Below, in pieces: positions 15,041-24,122 of a DNA stretch of 29,114 nt. The position numbers and the translations under genes are program-made. The notes under the pieces were generated by a model, which was not told the DNA's origin, did not search any database, and saw nothing but the letters and a program-made list of their open reading frames with translations. The stretch comes from a virus (Duplodnaviria; Caudoviricetes). The stretch spans positions 1-29,114 of IMG/VR virus record IMGVR_UViG_3300030330_004014, one strand, 5' to 3'. Numbering within the stretch: position 1 is the first letter of the stretch; every line of letters starts with the position of its first letter.

Positions 15041-15964
15041 ATGATAAAAAAGTTTCTACAAGTCCAAAAAAATACAGATCGTGAAAATGATAGTGGTGTT
15101 TCAACCTTTATCGCTTCCACTTCTGCTGTTGATCGTTATGGTGATATAGTTTTAAATGGTCCAGAAAATTGGGATTTAACAAACTATCAAAAAAATGGCG
15201 TGGTTTTATTCAATCATGATCAAAATGGTCTACCCGTTGGGCGTGGTGAAGTCAGATTGGAAGATGGCCAATTATTAATTGACGTTACATTTGATAAAGG
15301 CCAAGAAAGAGGTGCTGAAATTGCGCGAATGGTAAAAGAAGGCTTTTTATCTGCTGTTTCTGTTGGTTTTCAGCCGTTAGAATTTGTTGAAAGATCAGAG
15401 CTTCCAAAAGACCACGCTAAACATGGCCCAATTGGCCGCATGTTTACTAAATCAGAGCTTTTAGAAGTTTCTGTGGTAACCATACCAGCCCAGGGCCAAG
15501 CGGTAGCCATTAGCCGCAATTATCAAGATTTTGATCGGGACGATTTAAACATGATGCTTAAAGACTGGAAACAACGCAAAGCGAAAACGCGCTTTATTGC
15601 TTCAATGCGTAAACATATTTTGAGAGTAGAAGAAGAGGAAAACGCTTGGGTGGTTCATTTTGCTAAGGGTGAAATGTCGGAAGACTTAGAAGAAGAGTTA
15701 GAAGACATGGCAGAAGAAGCAGAAGCAGAAGAAGCCCAAGAGCCAGAGGAAGAATCATATTATGATAAATATATGGCTTCTGATGAAGATAGCGAAGAAG
15801 AAAAAGACCACGCAGAAGATCACGCAGAAGAAGAAGAAGAGTTAGAAGAAGAGTTAGAAGAAGAGTTAGAAGAAGAAGAAGAAGAAGAAAAAGAAGAAGT
15901 GGATAAAAACTTTTCTTTTGCTCTTCTAAAAGCCATGACAAATTTTTATAAAATGGAGAAATAA
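15041..15964 (+). CDS. Prohead protease (HK97 type) with acidic C-terminal extension
   Basis: 'VDRYGDIV', 'VLFNHD', 'AVSVGF' and 'ELLEVSVVTIPA', followed by a Glu-rich tail. Confidence 0.92.
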   Translation: MIKKFLQVQKNTDRENDSGVSTFIASTSAVDRYGDIVLNGPENWDLTNYQKNGVVLFNHDQNGLPVGRGEVRLEDGQLLIDVTFDKGQERGAEIARMVKEGFLSAVSVGFQPLEFVERSELPKDHAKHGPIGRMFTKSELLEVSVVTIPAQGQAVAISRNYQDFDRDDLNMMLKDWKQRKAKTRFIASMRKHILRVEEEENAWVVHFAKGEMSEDLEEELEDMAEEAEAEEAQEPEEESYYDKYMASDEDSEEEKDHAEDHAEEEEELEEELEEELEEEEEEEKEEVDKNFSFALLKAMTNFYKMEK

Positions 15965-15968
15965 AGCC

Positions 15969-17456
15969 ATGTCCAAAGTAAATGCAAAAATGCAAGCTGA
16001 AGCCAATAAAATCATTAAAGGGATAATTAGCCACCAGCGAAACAGTGAAGAGCGCCTAAGTAATTTCGAAGCACAAGTCAAAGATTTAAAGCGCGCCAAC
16101 AGATTGTTGACTGAGTCTGTCCAAACAGCTGCTTATGTGCCTAATGGAGACGATTCTGAGCTAAAGCAATTTATTAACGCAGATGGCACAATCCAAACCC
16201 AAGAAGAACGCGCAGAAATTAACATTCCAGGCACTGGCACTGTAACCTATAAAAAGGCTGGCCTTTTGGATACTACAGAGCCCGTTAATGATTGGCATCA
16301 AGATTTAATTCGATTGGCACAAAAGCGCGCTTTTGTTCGGATGATTATGCCAAGCCTAAACCCAGAAACACCAAAATGTGATCTGGCTTTACACAAACAT
16401 CTTCAAAAAGCACCTGCATCATTTCGCCCAGCCATCCAAAAAAGCTTTTTTGACGGTGCGGGCTCTGGTGCTGAATGGATTGATCCAGAGTTCAAACCAG
16501 AATTGTGGGAAGGTTACACCACACCGCGTAACCTAAGAAGCTTGATTCAAAAGCAAAACGTAGAATCTAACGTGGTACAGATTCCCCGGCTAAATTCGGG
16601 CGGTACTCCATTTTTAAAGGGCGTTGTCAGTTCAGACGATCCGGCGCTATATACCAAAAGCTCTGTGGCCACATCTCAAAAGTCCGTAAACATCAAAGGG
16701 CTGGCCTTGTCTTTTACTGTGGATGACGCAGCTATGGAAGACTCAGCCATAAACGTGGCCGCTTCTCTGGCTAAGCGTGCCAGTGACTCATTAGAGAGTG
16801 CGTGGGAAGATGCAGCCCTGAACGGTTCAACAACGGCAGTCCATCCAGATACAGGTTTAGCTAACTGGAACCCACGCGGGCGCTGGGATGCTGGGGCCAT
16901 TTTGGGTACTGCTGCCGATCATCGGCGCTGTTTTACGGGCTTCAGACATGCCGCGATTGCTAAAGGCACTTCTGGCCAGATTGCTTCTGGTGCTGGAACA
17001 ACCTTGGTAATTGGTGACATTCTTACCCTTTTGGGTAATATGGGCGAATATGGAGCACAAGACCGCTATATCGTGACATCACCAGAAGTGGTAATTCAAC
17101 ATATTTTTGGATTGACTGAATTAATTACATTGGACAAGGCGGGCAGCCTGGCCACCTTGATTAGTGGATCAGTCGGGAGCCTGTTTAATGTTCCTGTTGT
17201 TCTGTCTCGCTTTATGACGGCCGACATGAACGCCACAGGGCTTTATGATGGTTTGGTTACTAATCGTTCTGGTATTGTTTGCTTCAATGCAAACTCATGG
17301 TATCAATATGAGCGCCGAGGTATAACCACAGAGACATCTAAAGACATCAGATCGGGCGCTGTGTCCATCGTTTGTACACAAAGAAACGTCATGGACAGCC
17401 CAGATTTAGATGACGCTAAAAACTGTTCATATATCAATAACATCGTTTGCACCTGA
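15969..17456 (+). CDS. Major capsid protein (HK97 fold)
   Basis: 495 aa after the protease, with an N-terminal coiled coil, 'EDAALNG' and 'GSLFNVPVVLSRFM'. Confidence 0.88.
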   Translation: MSKVNAKMQAEANKIIKGIISHQRNSEERLSNFEAQVKDLKRANRLLTESVQTAAYVPNGDDSELKQFINADGTIQTQEERAEINIPGTGTVTYKKAGLLDTTEPVNDWHQDLIRLAQKRAFVRMIMPSLNPETPKCDLALHKHLQKAPASFRPAIQKSFFDGAGSGAEWIDPEFKPELWEGYTTPRNLRSLIQKQNVESNVVQIPRLNSGGTPFLKGVVSSDDPALYTKSSVATSQKSVNIKGLALSFTVDDAAMEDSAINVAASLAKRASDSLESAWEDAALNGSTTAVHPDTGLANWNPRGRWDAGAILGTAADHRRCFTGFRHAAIAKGTSGQIASGAGTTLVIGDILTLLGNMGEYGAQDRYIVTSPEVVIQHIFGLTELITLDKAGSLATLISGSVGSLFNVPVVLSRFMTADMNATGLYDGLVTNRSGIVCFNANSWYQYERRGITTETSKDIRSGAVSIVCTQRNVMDSPDLDDAKNCSYINNIVCT

Positions 17457-17480
17457 TAAAACAGGCAGGAGATAAAGACA

Positions 17481-17867
17481 ATGCCAAGCATGGAAATAGC
17501 ATCATTTAAATTTGAAACAAGCGCACCAGCCGACACAATAGAAGCATATTACGCTTTTAGTGATCGGTATCAATTGGTATCTGCCAAAGTCATTGATGAA
17601 GCAGGTATAGCGCAAAGCCCAACAGCATATAGAAACTTTTTTATTCAGTTAGCTGATGGATCTGCTACAGTTATGAAATATGCGACACAAACAGCACAAC
17701 AGGGCGCTTTAGCGGCTGGTGTTGCTGGTTCGTTTATTTTTGACGATCAGAGCAAATCTATCTTTGAGGCTGGTGCAGGTATTAAAATCCGCTCTACTGC
17801 TTCTGGTGCTGGTAAAGATTGCAAATGCACTATTGTTATGAAGTTTGAAAAAGCGCGCAAATACTAA
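17481..17867 (+). CDS. Putative head decoration/structural protein
   Basis: 128 aa directly after the capsid gene, AGGAG RBS. Confidence 0.55.
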   Translation: MPSMEIASFKFETSAPADTIEAYYAFSDRYQLVSAKVIDEAGIAQSPTAYRNFFIQLADGSATVMKYATQTAQQGALAAGVAGSFIFDDQSKSIFEAGAGIKIRSTASGAGKDCKCTIVMKFEKARKY

Positions 17868-17882
17868 AAAGTAAAATGTTAA

Positions 17883-18506
17883 ATGCCTATCGTTACCAAT
17901 ACAATATTGAAAACCTACATGCCAGAATTGGCGCAGGGCTCAGCGGCTGATAGCGATTTAACTGCATTAATTGAACGGGTAGAGGCCGCTGTAGCAAGCT
18001 GGCTAAACTACCCGTTTTTTAATAATGGTGCGCGGTATGGTTCTTTTTTAGATGTCTACACCTACACGCTTTTTTTTAATGGTCCAGATCCCAAATATCC
18101 ATATATGCTTGATCTGAATTTAAAGCCTGTTCATAGTGTAACCAGCATCCATAGCGATCCATATCAAGAGTATGAAGCAGACACGTTAATTGCTGGGTCT
18201 ACTTATACTTTAGATGGCAATGTGGGCCAAGTTAGATTAATCCCTAAAAAAGCAGTAGATGTTTTTAACCGGGGTGATCGTGCTATAAAAGTGGTTTGCT
18301 CTGCCGGATATACGACAGCCACAGCGCCGCCAAATCTTATCCATGCCATTTGTGTTTGGGCTTCACAGCTGCAAAGAAATAAACAAAATCAAGGAAAAGA
18401 AAACGTAAGCCAACGCGGTGGAAGCGTTACCCTTTCCCCTAAAACAATGCCTTTAGAAGTTAAAGAGCTTTTAAACCCATTTCGGTTGAATGGGGCTGTG
18501 TTATGA
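17883..18506 (+). CDS. Head-tail connector/adaptor
   Basis: 'PVHSVTSI', 'IKVVCSAGY...PPNLIHA' and 'VKELLNPFR' are typical of gp6-like adaptors. Confidence 0.8.
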   Translation: MPIVTNTILKTYMPELAQGSAADSDLTALIERVEAAVASWLNYPFFNNGARYGSFLDVYTYTLFFNGPDPKYPYMLDLNLKPVHSVTSIHSDPYQEYEADTLIAGSTYTLDGNVGQVRLIPKKAVDVFNRGDRAIKVVCSAGYTTATAPPNLIHAICVWASQLQRNKQNQGKENVSQRGGSVTLSPKTMPLEVKELLNPFRLNGAVL

Positions 18507-19030
18507 CACCAGAAGACTTTGCACAAAGATTAAGACAAGGTGGCCCAAATTTAAAAAAAGACATTGGCAATGTTCTTTTAAGTTTAGGCTTTAAAATCCA
18601 AGCTGGCGCCGCGCGCAATTTCACAGAAGATGATTTGCCAGTATACACCAGAGTTAAAGACACATCTAACACGCGCACAGGTGGAAAACCCGGCACGCAA
18701 TACTCCAGTTATTTGGTTTATAATGATGCAGGTGAACCAGAAGCGTTTAAATCTGGTATGTCTGGCTTTAAAGTAGGCCCACGTTCGATAACTGGTAATT
18801 TAAGACGTTCACTTTTTACAAAGTTAGGTGAAAAAAATGGTAACCCAGCTGTTTTTATAACTGCTGGCGTTAAAGATCCTTTACCCTATGCAGCGGCTAT
18901 AGAATTTGGATCACCAGATAAAAACATCTTGCCACGTTTTTACATTGGCCGATCATTTGAAGAAGTAAATAAATCTGACACTAAAAGAGATTTATTAAAA
19001 CATCTTCACACCGCGTTGGGTGGTGCATAA
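18503..19030 (+). CDS. Neck/tail completion protein (HK97 gp10-like)
   Basis: 'TGNLRRS', 'YAAAIEFG' and 'PRFYI'. Confidence 0.8.
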   Translation: MTPEDFAQRLRQGGPNLKKDIGNVLLSLGFKIQAGAARNFTEDDLPVYTRVKDTSNTRTGGKPGTQYSSYLVYNDAGEPEAFKSGMSGFKVGPRSITGNLRRSLFTKLGEKNGNPAVFITAGVKDPLPYAAAIEFGSPDKNILPRFYIGRSFEEVNKSDTKRDLLKHLHTALGGA

Positions 19031-19482
19031 TGCCAGATAGCAGAATTGTTAAAGTCCATAAAAAAATTGTAGAGTTAATTAGCGTTAATTTTGCCGCTGG
19101 ATATTCTGGTTTTGATATGACGGGCAGAGTTATAAGGGGCAGCACTATTGACCCCCCTTATCAACCCTTTAGCTCTGTGCAGTTCGAGCAAGCCATTAGT
19201 AATTATGGCCCAACCTTGGACCGCTACTTTTTTAACGGTGTGTATAATATATATGCGTTTGTGGGTGGCTCTACATTAGATGAGCGTTTTGATAATGCCA
19301 CCAATTTGGCTTCTGATATGATCGAAGCATTAACGACAAATAGGCAGCTGGGTTTACCTGGTGAAGTCGATGACGTTTTATGCAGTTTTACAGCCATTGA
19401 CGGCGCTAAATATGGGTTAGACAATATGGGCATAAGTTATATCAATGTCACAGTAAAATGCGTTACCTCTACTGGAGCTTAA
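19030..19482 (+). CDS. Putative tail terminator
   Basis: 150 aa, canonical size and position between the neck gene and the tail tube. Confidence 0.6.
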   Translation: MPDSRIVKVHKKIVELISVNFAAGYSGFDMTGRVIRGSTIDPPYQPFSSVQFEQAISNYGPTLDRYFFNGVYNIYAFVGGSTLDERFDNATNLASDMIEALTTNRQLGLPGEVDDVLCSFTAIDGAKYGLDNMGISYINVTVKCVTSTGA

Positions 19483-19486
19483 AAAA

Positions 19487-20263
19487 ATGTCTGGCGCGTC
19501 TTGGTTTAATGAAAACTTCAGATATCGTTACCCTGTTAGCGTTAATGCTACTTCTGGCGCTGCTGGTGCGGGTAATTATGAGTTATCAATAGTGATCCCA
19601 GATAAGTGGTCTGCTTTTTGGTCTGTGATTCAATCATCTGGGCATGATGTTTATGTGGTTGACTGCCAAGGCAATTTAGCAGAATACAAGCGAGACACAT
19701 TTAACTATGCCAATAAGTCTTTGACTTTAAGGGTTAGAAACGTAGCGGCCACAGATTTAGATAATGTCCATTTAGTCTACATATACTGGGGGTATGCTGC
19801 CGCCCCAGATGCGGCCACAACATTTACACCATCTGGCACACCATACAGCGGCCAAATCTTTTTAGGCACACCCACAAATATGGTGGCGTCAGATACCAGA
19901 TCGACAAAAGGCAGTGAATCGGCCGCGTCTGCATTTACGAAACCAGATAGCCAAGGTTCTTATATTTGGTTTTCTTATTCTGCGCTGATGTCAAAAAGAA
20001 TATCAAGTTACAATAAATTTTTATTTTTTGAGGGTGTCCAGTATTGTTTGCCGCGTGTCGAAAACAGTAGTGGAGCCGCCCAGGCTTCTATGATTGACGT
20101 AAATAAAACACGTTTTTTACCAGGCTGGGTTGGCGTATTTGTGCAAGCTGGCACAGATGATCAAGATTATGCGGCTATAGTGGACATAACGACAACAGAA
20201 AACCAAGTTTTTAGCCTACGGGCTATTGTATCAATTAGGAATCAATTACCTGCTGTAAGGTAA
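19487..20263 (+). CDS. Virion-associated protein, DUF2341-like N-terminus
   Basis: 'WFNENFRYRYPVSV...GHDVYVVD...VYIYWG' resembles DUF2341. Lies inside the structural operon. Confidence 0.45.
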   Translation: MSGASWFNENFRYRYPVSVNATSGAAGAGNYELSIVIPDKWSAFWSVIQSSGHDVYVVDCQGNLAEYKRDTFNYANKSLTLRVRNVAATDLDNVHLVYIYWGYAAAPDAATTFTPSGTPYSGQIFLGTPTNMVASDTRSTKGSESAASAFTKPDSQGSYIWFSYSALMSKRISSYNKFLFFEGVQYCLPRVENSSGAAQASMIDVNKTRFLPGWVGVFVQAGTDDQDYAAIVDITTTENQVFSLRAIVSIRNQLPAVR

Positions 20264-20278
20264 AAAGGAGAATAAAAA

Positions 20279-21235
20279 ATGGCTGTCATATTTGGAAGAA
20301 ATACCTTTGTGGTAACTGCACCAGAAGTTACATGGGGAGTAACGCCAGCATTTAACACAAATGCAAACCGCGTTATTTCTACAACATTAGCGCGATCAAT
20401 AGAGCGCAGCGGTGCTACGCATTTAAGTGTCTCAGATGGCGCAGTGCGCCGATCCTATTTTGACGTCTCAGAGTCCACAGGGGGAAATCTGACTACTCCT
20501 CTTTACTGGGATTCGTGCGGATTATTTCTAAAAGCTACTTTGGGTGATGTATCTACAACACCGTCAGGATCTGATTTTGTTCATGAATACAAGACAAATA
20601 CCACTGATTTGCCTTCTTTTAGTTTAAAGCTTCAGCGTGGAAGTGATGCCAATGGAATGGAAGAGTTTAGTGGCCTAAAAGTTAGCACAGCTTCCATCGA
20701 CGTGGCGAATGGTTCAGAAGCCACCATATCAATGGAGCTAATTGGTAAAACAGGTTTGACAAGGGGCAGTAAAATAACGCCCACATACAACGCCACAGCC
20801 CAACAGGTTTACCACTATCAAGGTGGGCAATTAACCTTCGACGGTAACAGCTATCACATTAGCTCTATGTCTATTTCTATTGATAATAAATTGAGCCGTA
20901 GAATGGTCCTCGGGAGTCTTCTCACCCTTGAGCCTGACGTGACAGATTTTAGAGATATCCAAATGTCTATTTCTCTTACGGCAGAAAATAACAACTTATA
21001 TAATGCTATGCTTAACAAGACTGAAGGCCCAGTAGAAGTAGTTTTTACAAAAAGTGGAACCACAGACACTATGGGCTTTCGTTTTCAAAATGCTGTTATC
21101 ACAGATTATAGTGATGACATTGGCACTGTTGGAATCATAGAGCAATCGGTAACCTTTGCAGCATTGGCAACAAATACCACAGAAGCTTTTAGAATCAGAT
21201 TGTTAAACCAAAATGCCAGCGCGATTACGCCTTAA
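20279..21235 (+). CDS. Major tail tube protein
   Basis: 318 aa, AAGGAG RBS, with 'EVTWGVTP', 'LPSFSL', 'FSGLKV' and 'SISIDNKL'. Confidence 0.82.
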   Translation: MAVIFGRNTFVVTAPEVTWGVTPAFNTNANRVISTTLARSIERSGATHLSVSDGAVRRSYFDVSESTGGNLTTPLYWDSCGLFLKATLGDVSTTPSGSDFVHEYKTNTTDLPSFSLKLQRGSDANGMEEFSGLKVSTASIDVANGSEATISMELIGKTGLTRGSKITPTYNATAQQVYHYQGGQLTFDGNSYHISSMSISIDNKLSRRMVLGSLLTLEPDVTDFRDIQMSISLTAENNNLYNAMLNKTEGPVEVVFTKSGTTDTMGFRFQNAVITDYSDDIGTVGIIEQSVTFAALATNTTEAFRIRLLNQNASAITP

Positions 21236-21236
21236 A

Positions 21237-21623
21237 ATGGATTGGTTAATCTATATTCTTATTGGTGCTGGTTCTGCTGGTGCTGGTAGTGGAATAACAG
21301 CGTGGCTAATGGGCAAAAAAGAGCCCATTGTCGTTAAAGAAGAAGTGGCAAAAGAACAGATCCAAGTACAAAAAAATCTAACTCAGCCAGATTTGCTTAA
21401 AGAGCCATGCTCTAAAGACTACATAAAAGAAAATGGGGAATCACTTTGTCGTGAATTGTTTTGCCGCATGACCACAAGGGGAATAGACTCTAAAACCAGT
21501 GGCGCAGAATGTGAAAGCATTAGCAACACCATAAACAAACTGGTGATTCTTAAAGCATGTGATAAAAAGGAAACGGCAGAAGAAAAACGCAGCTGTATTG
21601 AATTTTTTGATAGGCGTATGTAA
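21237..21623 (+). CDS. Membrane-anchored Cys-rich protein
   Basis: ATG 21237 directly follows the tail tube stop. N-terminal hydrophobic/Gly segment and six Cys. Confidence 0.65.
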   Translation: MDWLIYILIGAGSAGAGSGITAWLMGKKEPIVVKEEVAKEQIQVQKNLTQPDLLKEPCSKDYIKENGESLCRELFCRMTTRGIDSKTSGAECESISNTINKLVILKACDKKETAEEKRSCIEFFDRRM

Positions 21624-21892
21624 TGCAAGACATAAGACAAGCTTTAAACCTTTTAAACCAATTGATTACTGCTTTCACAGAAGCAGAAAGCCACGTCATT
21701 AAACAGGCTTTACATGGCCGCCAGCCCCATGAAAAAGAAGACGCTAAAGCATGGTTAAACAAATATGCTAATCTAAAGCTTTCTATTTTAACTGGTCAAA
21801 TGGGCGTTAAAGACTTCACAGTGGAAGACATTAAAAACACTGTAGATCGTTACCCAATTAAAAGCATTTTAGATGTTTCATCTAATGGATAA
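21623..21892 (+). CDS. Hypothetical protein (paralog 1)
   Basis: 89 aa, TAATG coupling to the upstream gene. Confidence 0.7.
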   Translation: MQDIRQALNLLNQLITAFTEAESHVIKQALHGRQPHEKEDAKAWLNKYANLKLSILTGQMGVKDFTVEDIKNTVDRYPIKSILDVSSNG

Positions 21893-22052
21893 TAAAACAA
21901 TAGACGTTAATCGGCTGATAATGGCCTATAATGACGCGATTGGCCATGTATACCGCCAAGCCCATAGCGGTAAACATGAACAAGACAGAATAGACGCTAA
22001 AGAATGGTTAAATAAATATGGTGACAAGCGTATAAATCACCATGGCAAATAA
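21885..22052 (+). CDS. Hypothetical protein, 55 aa (paralog 2; not in the ORF track)
   Basis: MDNKTIDVNRLIMAYNDAIGHVYRQAHSGKHEQDRIDAKEWLNKYGDKRINHHGK aligns ungapped with the preceding protein. Confidence 0.75.
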   Translation: MDNKTIDVNRLIMAYNDAIGHVYRQAHSGKHEQDRIDAKEWLNKYGDKRINHHGK

Positions 22053-22633
22053 TCGTTAAAAAGCTTTTGGCTTTCTGCGTTGTCAATACAATAAACCTCT
22101 ATCTTTATACCATTCCAGCCTTCAGTTTTAGTTAAATGGTCATAACTACAAAAAACCTTTTTTGATTCAATGGCATAAACTTGGTTATCATCATTTAAAA
22201 CCACTTCAGCCAAGGCATCCACATAAAGTTTGTCTAAATTATCCAGATCGGGTTTAACTGTGTGGGCTATAAAGCCTGGATCTGATTTGGCTTTTTTTAA
22301 ACGCTGTGGCCTTGGGAAAACATAAAGCATTTTTAAACTAACGCCTATTCCTTTCGGGATAAAAAGGTTTCTGCTGTCGCTCCAATGTTGCAATTTGATG
22401 GTGTTTACTGCTGTGTTTTTTCCATTTTTATATTTTGCAGATCCATAAAAAGCTCTGGCCTTTCCATTTTTAACGGCCACGCTGTGCCTAACTTGGGCCA
22501 CTGGCGGCCCAGCTATTAAATATTGACCAGCTTTTTTAGTCACCCGTCCAATTGCTACCTGCTCTGGGGCCATATCCACAGGGTTTATTTTTTGCTTTTT
22601 GTTTTCTTTGTTTTGCATTTTGAAAAAATCCAT
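22037..22633 (-). CDS. rusA: RusA-family Holliday junction resolvase
   Basis: 'VFPRP...KPDLDNLDKLYVDAL...NDDNQV' catalytic signature. Confidence 0.9.
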   Translation of the reverse strand: MDFFKMQNKENKKQKINPVDMAPEQVAIGRVTKKAGQYLIAGPPVAQVRHSVAVKNGKARAFYGSAKYKNGKNTAVNTIKLQHWSDSRNLFIPKGIGVSLKMLYVFPRPQRLKKAKSDPGFIAHTVKPDLDNLDKLYVDALAEVVLNDDNQVYAIESKKVFCSYDHLTKTEGWNGIKIEVYCIDNAESQKLFNDYLPW

Positions 22634-23366
22634 AAATTATTTCTACAATGTCACCAGTAATAACATCAGGCATAAAAGGAAAAATTGAAAGGTTCGCTGG
22701 ACAAAATGAAAGGGCATAACTTAACTCAATGGCTAACCATGGCGCTAAATCATAACGGTCTTTTAGATATGTTCTGATTAGCTGTTGGGGGTGATTTAAA
22801 AATAAACCCATTTCTAAATCATGTTTAATATCTAACAAATGCCAGTTAACAATTTTGCTGTAAGCTATCCATTTTTCCGCATCATATTTAAACTGGTATC
22901 CATTAAAATAATAGTGATCATCTTTTGATAATCCTGTAACCTGCTTGCAAAATGCTTTAAAATCTTCTGGCTTTATGTCGGCGCTAAATAAAACATGGTC
23001 TGGTGTTACATTTTTGATGTATTGCCAATGGACAGACGCCAGAGCTTTATTTATTAAACCGCGTTTGTATTTTTCTGTTTTGTTATCGTTTAATATCAAT
23101 CTTAATTTCTTTTGGTAATAGCTGGTTAGGGCTAACGCTAAAGCTGGGTTATCTTCTGTTTTATGTGGGTTTCTCACGCTGGTTACAATGTCATAGATTC
23201 GACATTTAACACCAGGATATCTTTCACCCATGCGCCAAATCCCATCATATTTATCTATGATCACAAAATGGGGGCCATGTGGCTCGCCATTGTCAGACCA
23301 TTTAACGCTTTTAACGCTTTTAATTGCTTTTAAGTCTTTGACTACCATGTCAATAAAGGGCGTCAT
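22536..23366 (-). CDS. Hypothetical protein
   Basis: 276 aa preceded by a leader box with AAGGAG. No recognised motif. Confidence 0.75.
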   Translation of the reverse strand: MTPFIDMVVKDLKAIKSVKSVKWSDNGEPHGPHFVIIDKYDGIWRMGERYPGVKCRIYDIVTSVRNPHKTEDNPALALALTSYYQKKLRLILNDNKTEKYKRGLINKALASVHWQYIKNVTPDHVLFSADIKPEDFKAFCKQVTGLSKDDHYYFNGYQFKYDAEKWIAYSKIVNWHLLDIKHDLEMGLFLNHPQQLIRTYLKDRYDLAPWLAIELSYALSFCPANLSIFPFMPDVITGDIVEIIYGFFQNAKQRKQKAKNKPCGYGPRAGSNWTGD

Positions 23367-23371
23367 GTTTT

Positions 23372-23390
23372 CTCCTTATGTCGTTTGCTA
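23372..23390 (-). promoter_or_regulatory. Conserved RBS-overlapping leader box
   Basis: TAGCAAACGACATAAGGAG-AAAAC-ATG, beginning with the upstream gene's TAG stop. Confidence 0.85.
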
Positions 23391-24098
23391 AAAAAGGGTT
23401 TTTTGTTGGTGTGCGTTTATGCAAAAAAGTTTTTCAACATTATGGCCAGTTTGAATGTTGGCTTTTGCTTCTACTAAAAATTCAAATGGTAACCAATTAG
23501 CGTTATCGCCTTTACAAACAATAACCGTTCCATTTCTGTTTTTTGCCCAGATAGATAAATGGGCATAATCAATTTTATTATGTGGGTAGGCGTATCCTTT
23601 TTCTTGATATGGGGGATCAATAAACCAATATCCATTATGATTTTCCAATTGTTCGTAAGATTTATTGGTTATTTGCCAATGTTTTATAAAGTTAACTTGG
23701 CTTGCAATCATTCTTTTTTTATTTTCAGACCAGAATTGGTTTTTATATCTTGGATCTTTAGCCCATTTTGACAGTGTTTTAGATGGGTGTGAATTACCTT
23801 TATTCAAATTAAACCCAATTAAATGTTTAGCCTCTTGACATATTTTTAAATCATCAACATTTTGGCCAATTTCTAAAATTGGTAAATCCAAAATATCTTT
23901 TGAGCTTGATTTAATTAAAAAATCCCAGATACCATAAATCACAGGATTCAAATCATTTAAGATTATCTTTCTGTTGTAATATCGCAATAAAAAACAAGCT
24001 GAACCAGCAAAGGGCTCTATTATTGTGTCATGTTTTGGATTTGGGTATTTTTTGGCGATTCTGTATTTTGAGCCATAGTAACTAAAAAAAGGCCTCAT
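23388..24098 (-). CDS. DNA N6-adenine methyltransferase (D12/Dam class)
   Basis: 'FSYYGSK', 'EPFAGS', 'NDLN' and catalytic 'DPPY'. Confidence 0.88.
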   Translation of the reverse strand: MRPFFSYYGSKYRIAKKYPNPKHDTIIEPFAGSACFLLRYYNRKIILNDLNPVIYGIWDFLIKSSSKDILDLPILEIGQNVDDLKICQEAKHLIGFNLNKGNSHPSKTLSKWAKDPRYKNQFWSENKKRMIASQVNFIKHWQITNKSYEQLENHNGYWFIDPPYQEKGYAYPHNKIDYAHLSIWAKNRNGTVIVCKGDNANWLPFEFLVEAKANIQTGHNVEKLFCINAHQQKTLF

Positions 24099-24103
24099 TT
24101 TTT

Positions 24104-24122
24104 ATCCTTATGTCGTTTGCTG
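24104..24122 (-). promoter_or_regulatory. Conserved RBS-overlapping leader box
   Basis: CAGCAAACGACATAAGGAT-AAAAA-ATG, containing the upstream TAA (protein ends QQTT*). Confidence 0.85.

Noticed and set aside
15663-16034. Leu-rich minus-strand ORF resembling a membrane protein
   Set aside because: Reverse complement of the GAA-rich acidic tract.
3096-24122. Leader boxes or 12-mer arrays as a CRISPR array or integron attC sites
   Set aside because: The boxes are dispersed, non-palindromic and tied to start codons, and the arrays lack unique spacers. No cas or integrase gene was recognised.
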